DNA of 64,000 nucleotides from Planctomycetota bacterium (GTDB lineage: Bacteria; Planctomycetota; B15-G4): the NCBI GenBank assembly GCA_965248575.1, contig CBDFJQ010000002.1:1216001-1280000 (forward strand). Reading direction: 5' to 3'. The notes below the pieces were generated by a model. That model was not told the DNA's origin. It saw only the letters and a list, made by a program, of their open reading frames with translations, and made no database searches. Each line of letters starts with the position of its first letter. Within the stretch, counting starts at the first letter, position 1. Positions 59,019 to 64,000 of the stretch are shown piece by piece. The translations under genes were made by a program, and so were the position numbers.

Positions 59019-59576
59019 TCAAGGGGGCACCCCGCCCGGAGCTCCTAACAGAGGCTGAGCCAGGGCTCGCAGCTCGGGGGAGATGTCGATCACGTCACCC
59101 GGCCCGAAGCCGGCCTCGGCACACCAACCTGCCTTCATCTCCAGCACGAACTGCGCTGGCGCCGTGCTCTGGCAGCGTGGAATCTCCACCCCGGGGCGCC
59201 CTCGAACGATGTTGATGACCGCCCCTTGCGAGTCCAGGAAGGCGATATCCAGGGCGATCAGGGTGTTCTTCATCCAGAAACTCCGGGGTTGGGAGTCCGT
59301 GAACAGGAACAGCATGCCGTGATCGGGCTCGAGCCTCGTCCGCGCCATGAGGCCGCGCTGGCGGCTCTCGTTGGTGTAGGCCAATTCGACTGTGACGTGG
59401 AGCCTTGCCACCTCAAGTTCGGCGCTCTTGGGAGCCTTGAGGGCGGACTTGTGGGGTGCGAGACGCGGCTTGTCCTGCCCGCTACAGGCAACCAGCCAGA
59501 ACACGCTCAGGAGCGCCAAGGCGAGTCCCCGCGAGGCCCGGCCCCCCAGCCCTCCAGAATCCTGTCGGTTCATCAC
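59019..59576 (-). CDS. DUF192 family lipoprotein
   Basis: Lipobox [37 protein letters not shown]. Confidence 0.9.
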   Translation of the reverse strand: MMNRQDSGGLGGRASRGLALALLSVFWLVACSGQDKPRLAPHKSALKAPKSAELEVARLHVTVELAYTNESRQRGLMARTRLEPDHGMLFLFTDSQPRSFWMKNTLIALDIAFLDSQGAVINIVRGRPGVEIPRCQSTAPAQFVLEMKAGWCAEAGFGPGDVIDISPELRALAQPLLGAPGGVPP

Positions 59577-60223
59577 GCGCTCTTCCCTGCTCCAGTGGGA
59601 TGTTCCCATCGACGGCCCAGCTCCAGAACCAAAGCCATGGGCAAGCCAATCACCGTATCCATCTGCCCCGAAATCAGGTGGGCAAAGTCACCCCCATCTC
59701 CTTGGATGGCGTAGGCCCCTGCCTTTCCCTGCCACTCGTCGGAGTCGAGGTAGCGCTCCAGCTGCTGATCTGAGAGCTGATCGAAGCGCACCTCACTGAC
59801 GTGAACGCCTGATTCGAGCCGCCCGCTCGCGAGCTCCAAGAGGGCCACGGAGCTGGCCACGCGATGGGTGTTGCCGGAGAGCTTGCGCAACATCGATTCG
59901 GCATCGGAGCGACCCTCGGGCTTGCCGAAGAGTTCGCCGTCCAGCTCGACGATGGTGTCGCCCGCCAGGATGCCACGGCTCCGCTTGAACTCAGGCCGCC
60001 CCGCCGCTAGCTGGGAGGCGCTGAGCGCCTTCTCCACAGCAAGACGCTCAGCACACTGCAGCGGCGACTCGCCGGCGACGGCGCGCTCGTCGATGTCAGC
60101 CGGAAGGATCTCGTGCGCCCAGCCCGCAGCTTGCAGGATATCCCTGCGGCGCGGCGAGGCGGAGGCGAGGACGAGGGGTGCAAGACATGCTGGGCACCCA
60201 CTCGTCCGCGCCCGCTCCGACAT
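59573..60223 (-). CDS. maf: Maf family nucleoside-triphosphate pyrophosphatase (YhdE-like)
   Basis: LVLASASPRRRDIL, GDTIV, GKP, LSGNTH, KAGAYAIQG, VIGLP. Confidence 0.94.
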   Translation of the reverse strand: MSERARTSGCPACLAPLVLASASPRRRDILQAAGWAHEILPADIDERAVAGESPLQCAERLAVEKALSASQLAAGRPEFKRSRGILAGDTIVELDGELFGKPEGRSDAESMLRKLSGNTHRVASSVALLELASGRLESGVHVSEVRFDQLSDQQLERYLDSDEWQGKAGAYAIQGDGGDFAHLISGQMDTVIGLPMALVLELGRRWEHPTGAGKSA

Positions 60224-60225
60224 CG

Positions 60226-61203
60226 TCAGGCCAACAGCTCCTTCAGGGCCCCGGGCCAGTCGGGCTGATCCAGATCGCCCAGCTGGTTCAGGTGGGCCTG
60301 CACTGCCGTCGCCTGCCCGGGAGCGAGCAACTCGCTCAACTCCTTGCGGACCTTGGCCACGGCGGCAGACTCGGTGATGCCGAAAGTCTGGCAGACCTGC
60401 GCCATCTCAGGGCTCACGAGCACGAGCTTCTGCTCACCTGACATCCACTGGGACAAAGCGTAGGCGTTGTGGAGCCCCAGGTCGTCGATGTCCTCGAGGT
60501 ACTCGATCTGCCCCTTGGGCTTCTCATCAGCCAGGAACTCCAGGCTCACCTCGTTGCGGTCGTTGTAGATCTGATCCAGCATCTCGCGGATCCGCTCGCA
60601 GCGCTCCACCAGCTTCCGGATCGTGGCAGCCTTGCTCGAGTTGGACATGAGGCGCGACAGCTCGGAGGGCCGCGAGAGGCGGACGTCGTTCCAGTCGACA
60701 AAGTCCTCCCGCAGCGACTTCATCGCACGCTCGGTGGACGCCTGAGAGCCCCCCTCCCGCAGCACCAGGTACACCGCCTTTTCGACGGTGCTCTGGGTGT
60801 CATCTGGCAGGTTGACAGCCCCGAAGGCGCGCTCCAGCTTCTCCAGCACTGCGGCCAACATCGTCTTCGGGTTGACCTTGCGCCTCTTGGCAGCTGGCTT
60901 GCTCGGCGCCTTGGCTGGCTCGGCCTTCGGCTTGGCTGCCTTGGGCGCGGGCTTGGCCGCTGCTGCCTTTGCTGCGGGTGCCGCCTTCGCAGGGCTTTTC
61001 TTGCCCTTGGGTGCAGCCGGTGCCTTCTTGGGCGTGGCCTTCTTGGGCGCAGCCTTCTTGCCAGCCGCCTTCTTGCCAGCCGCCTTCTTGCCAGCCGCCT
61101 TCTTGGGCGTGGCCTTCTTGGCTGCCGGTTTCTTGGCCGCTTTGGGCGCAGCCTTCTTGCCGCTGGCCTTCTTTCGTGTACCTGCCTTGGTCGCCGCGCT
61201 CAT
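60226..61203 (-). CDS. Histone-H1-like Lys/Ala/Pro-rich N-terminus fused to a degenerate endonuclease III (HhH-GPD)-like domain
   Basis: About 110 aa of K/A/P repeats; LREDFVDWNDVRLS, IREMLDQIY, SLEFL, YLEDIDDLG resemble the EndoIII-like core; GGAG RBS upstream. Confidence 0.7.
   Translation of the reverse strand: MSAATKAGTRKKASGKKAAPKAAKKPAAKKATPKKAAGKKAAGKKAAGKKAAPKKATPKKAPAAPKGKKSPAKAAPAAKAAAAKPAPKAAKPKAEPAKAPSKPAAKRRKVNPKTMLAAVLEKLERAFGAVNLPDDTQSTVEKAVYLVLREGGSQASTERAMKSLREDFVDWNDVRLSRPSELSRLMSNSSKAATIRKLVERCERIREMLDQIYNDRNEVSLEFLADEKPKGQIEYLEDIDDLGLHNAYALSQWMSGEQKLVLVSPEMAQVCQTFGITESAAVAKVRKELSELLAPGQATAVQAHLNQLGDLDQPDWPGALKELLA
61022..61160. repeat. 15-bp-period repeat encoding pentapeptides of the KKAAG/KKATP/KKAAP type
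   Basis: GCCTTCTTG core recurring every 15 nt; GCCTTCTTGCCAGCC three times exactly. Confidence 0.88.
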
Positions 61204-61214
61204 GAACGCTCCGG

Positions 61215-61595
61215 TTAACTCTCAGACTCGGGTGCAGCGCCCTCGGTGGATTCCTCGGAGGCAGCAGCTGCTTCCGGGGCATCCGTCGACTCGACTGCGG
61301 GCTCTGCAGCCACGACAACCGGCTCGTCCTCGGGCACCGGGCCGTCCTTGCGCACACCAAAGCGACGCAGGATCGACGCAACGGTCTCCGAGGGCTGAGC
61401 ACCCACCGTGAGCCAGTAGTGCGCGCGCTGGCGCTTCAGCTTGACCTTCTGGTCCCAATCAGCGCCGCGCGGGTCGTAGGACCCGAGTTCTTCAACGGGT
61501 GCACCATCCCGGCGCGTGCGACCGTCAAAAACACAAATACGATAGAAGGGGCGGTTCCTGCGTCCCGTCCGCTTGAGGCGAATCCTCACTGCCAT
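61215..61595 (-). CDS. rpsP: 30S ribosomal protein S16 with acidic C-tail
   Basis: MAVRIRLKRTG, PFYRI, RRDG, LGSYDP, GAQPSETV. Confidence 0.97.
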   Translation of the reverse strand: MAVRIRLKRTGRRNRPFYRICVFDGRTRRDGAPVEELGSYDPRGADWDQKVKLKRQRAHYWLTVGAQPSETVASILRRFGVRKDGPVPEDEPVVVAAEPAVESTDAPEAAAASEESTEGAAPESES

Positions 61596-61687
61596 GGGTT
61601 TGACTCCGTCGGTTCGTTGCGTCGCCACGCCCACACGGCGCGCGACACGATCTTGAGTTGGTTGATTGTTCGGTGGTTTGTTTTGTT

Positions 61688-61723
61688 TGTGTGCTGGCTA
61701 CCGGCTGTGTACTGGCTACCGGC
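61688..61723. repeat. 18-bp direct repeat x2 in the ffh-rpsP spacer
   Basis: TGTGTGCTGGCTACCGGC / TGTGTACTGGCTACCGGC (1 mismatch). Confidence 0.8.
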
Positions 61724-61735
61724 GCGCCGAGTCGT

Positions 61736-63238
61736 TCAGCGCTTGCGGCGCCCCTGCTTCTTGCGCTTGCGTTCGGCCTTGCGGCTCTTGCGACGAGCAT
61801 CCGTCGTCTGCCGGTCCGCCGAGGGTAGGGATGCCCCGGGCATGCCGTCCATTCCAGGCATGCCCTGCATGTTGGCCATGTCTGGCATGTCCCCCATGCC
61901 CATGCCGCCTCCCACACCGCCCCCCATGGCGCCCTTGAGCCGGGAGAACAGGCCGCCCTTCTTCATCTGCTTCATCATCTTTCGCATCTGCTCGAACTGC
62001 TTGAGCATGCGCGAGACCACGTCGACACCCGTGCCGCTGCCCCGGGCGATGCGACGCTTGCGGGCCGCATCGATCACTTCTGGGCGCCGCCGCTCGGCCG
62101 GTGTCATGGAGAGCACCACGGCTTCGGTTCGGTGCAGGGCCTTCTCGTCGATCTGGTCGGCCATGCCAGCGGGAACCCCCGGCAGGTGCCCCAGAAGATC
62201 CCCCAGCGAACCCATCTTGCGGATGGCCCGGAGCTGCTTGAGGAAGTCGTCCAGGGTGAAGCGGTCTTCCATCATCCGCTTCATCTGGGCTTCAGCTTCC
62301 TTCTCGTCGACGACGTCCTGTGCCTTCTCGACGAGGCTCACCACGTCGCCCATGCCCAGCAGTCGACTGACGAGACGGTCCGCGTGGAAAGGCTGCAGGT
62401 CGGCGACCTTTTCCCCGATGCCCACGTAGCGCACGGGCGTGTCCGTCACATGACGCACGGAGAGGGCGGCGCCACCGCGGGAGTCACCGTCGAGCTTGGT
62501 GAGGATTACGCCGTCGAGGGGCAAGGTCTCGCGGAAGGCCGACGCGCTGCGTACGGCGTCCTGGCCCGTCATGGCATCGCACACCAGGAAGGTGGTGTCC
62601 GGGGTCACGGCCGCACGGATGCGGCCCAACTCCTGCATGAGGTCCGAATCGATGTGCAGACGACCGGCGGTGTCCACCAGCACGGTGTCCCGCCCGGTCT
62701 TCAGGGCCTCCGCCAGGGCCAACTTCGCCAACACCTCGGGGGGCTCGCTGGGCACGTTGAAGACGGGCAGATCGTTGGCGGCGCCCAGTTGGCGCAGCTG
62801 CTCCACCGCGGCCGGGCGCTGGGTGTCGGCAGCAACGAGCAGCGGCTTGCGCTTGCGCGTGTCCCGCAAGTGCACGGCCAGCTTGGCGCTGGATGTGGTC
62901 TTGCCCGAGCCCTGCAATCCGGCCATCAGGATCACCGTGGGCCGCCCCACGGCAAAATCGATGGGCTCGCCCTCGCTGGACATCATCTCCACGAGTTCGT
63001 CGTGGAAGAGCTTGACCAGCATCTGGCCCGCACTCACCGATTTGACCACTTCCGTGCCCAAGGCCTTGGCCTTGACGCGGTCAATCAGGTCTTTGGCGAC
63101 ACGGAAATGGACATCCGCCTCGAGCAAGGCCGCCCGAACTTCGGACAGACCTTCCTCGATGTTGGTCTCGGTGAGCCGGCCACGGCCGGTGAGCCCCGAG
63201 AAAACACCGCTCAGACGTTGTGAGAGAGACTCGAACAT
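61736..63238 (-). CDS. ffh: Signal recognition particle protein
   Basis: GLQGSGKTT, DTAGRLH, DAMTGQDA, TKLDGDSRGGAALS, RLLGMGDV, SMTPAER, RIARGSG. Confidence 0.98.
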   Translation of the reverse strand: MFESLSQRLSGVFSGLTGRGRLTETNIEEGLSEVRAALLEADVHFRVAKDLIDRVKAKALGTEVVKSVSAGQMLVKLFHDELVEMMSSEGEPIDFAVGRPTVILMAGLQGSGKTTSSAKLAVHLRDTRKRKPLLVAADTQRPAAVEQLRQLGAANDLPVFNVPSEPPEVLAKLALAEALKTGRDTVLVDTAGRLHIDSDLMQELGRIRAAVTPDTTFLVCDAMTGQDAVRSASAFRETLPLDGVILTKLDGDSRGGAALSVRHVTDTPVRYVGIGEKVADLQPFHADRLVSRLLGMGDVVSLVEKAQDVVDEKEAEAQMKRMMEDRFTLDDFLKQLRAIRKMGSLGDLLGHLPGVPAGMADQIDEKALHRTEAVVLSMTPAERRRPEVIDAARKRRIARGSGTGVDVVSRMLKQFEQMRKMMKQMKKGGLFSRLKGAMGGGVGGGMGMGDMPDMANMQGMPGMDGMPGASLPSADRQTTDARRKSRKAERKRKKQGRRKR

Positions 63239-63265
63239 GGGTCCTGTAGCAAACCCCTCCGTTTA

Positions 63266-64000
63266 TCAAACAGGGGTCGAAGGCACAAGATCTGGCTGAC
63301 TCTCGCGCGAGATTTCGGCGCCCAGCGACCGAAGGCGTTCGTCGATGCGTTCGTAGCCCCGATCGATGTGATAGACCCGTCGGACCTCCGTTTCGCCCTC
63401 CGCCACCAGCCCCGCCAGGACGAGAGCCGCGCTGGCGCGCAGGTCGCTGGCCATCACGATGGCGCCCGAGAGGGGTGCTGGGCCGTGAACAATGGCCTGC
63501 GCCCCCTCCTTGGAGATTCGAGCCCCTAGGCGCAGCAGCTCCGCCACGTGCATGAAGCGATCCGGGAAGATCCGCTCGGCCACCACGGAGATGCCCTCGG
63601 CCACCGTGAGCGCCGCCATGAGCTGCGCCTGGAGGTCAGTCGGGAAACCCGGAAAGGGCAAGGTGGTGATATCGGCCGCCCGCAGCGGACCCGTGGCCTG
63701 GCAGCGAATCCAGTCCGACCCCGTCGTGAGCTCGGCCCCCATGGTCGTCAGGGCTTCGAGAGCCGCGGTGAGGGTCTGCGGCTCGACGCCCGTCACGGTC
63801 ACGTCGCCCCCGGTCATGGCCGCGCCTGTCAGGAAGGTCCCCGCCTCCACACGATCGCCTCCGACCCGATGCTCCGTGCCGTGCAGCTCGCGGACACCTT
63901 CGATGACGAGACAATGCCCACCCAAGCCGCTGATCTTTGCCCCCATGGCCACCAGGCAGCGGCAGAGCTCAGTGATCTCCGGCTCCATCGCAGCGTTCTC
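63266..64000 (-). CDS. murA: UDP-N-acetylglucosamine 1-carboxyvinyltransferase (5' part lies outside the window)
   Basis: ENAAMEPEI, DRVEAGT, PFPGFPTDLQAQ, MASDLRASAAL, YHIDRGYE; frame open to the window edge. Confidence 0.95.
   Translation of the reverse strand, partial: ENAAMEPEITELCRCLVAMGAKISGLGGHCLVIEGVRELHGTEHRVGGDRVEAGTFLTGAAMTGGDVTVTGVEPQTLTAALEALTTMGAELTTGSDWIRCQATGPLRAADITTLPFPGFPTDLQAQLMAALTVAEGISVVAERIFPDRFMHVAELLRLGARISKEGAQAIVHGPAPLSGAIVMASDLRASAALVLAGLVAEGETEVRRVYHIDRGYERIDERLRSLGAEISRESQPDLVPSTPV

Overview
High-GC bacterial chromosome segment, almost fully coding and mostly on the minus strand. It most likely comes from a PVC-superphylum organism, probably Planctomycetota; this is an inference from a TIGR04138/Minf_1886-type protein, a divergent DnaA paralogue, giant TPR proteins and the efp-accB-accC order. 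(1) 1-5 kb: rpsA, an LpxH-like phosphoesterase fused to cytidylate kinase, and a divergent gmhA-gmhB pair. (2) 5-35 kb: a large surface-glycan locus resembling the accessory genes of exosortase A/PEP-CTERM EPS loci (FemAB-like GNAT, deacetylase, AsnB amidotransferase, GT4s, O-antigen-ligase-like protein, Wzz/Wzc-N, Wza), plus rmlABD, two epimerases, glmS and a UDP-xylose synthase. It is interrupted by an oppositely oriented pair: a degenerate histidine kinase and a 1456-aa TPR protein. (3) 35-64 kb: housekeeping genes (accC, accB, efp, Moco genes, S41 protease, holB, tmk, ssb, prmC, prfA, rpmE, maf, rpsP, ffh, partial murA). The most unusual signals are a DnaA paralogue lacking the arginine finger, sensor II and DnaA-box-reading residues; a ChpT-like pseudo-kinase; an active/degenerate GT2 pair; histone-H1-like Lys/Ala tails on AccB and on a degenerate EndoIII-like protein; the LpxH-Cmk fusion; and an 11-bp tandem repeat with hairpins upstream of ssb. 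No rRNA, tRNA, CRISPR array or mobile element was recognised. All calls come from reading motifs by eye; no database searches were run.
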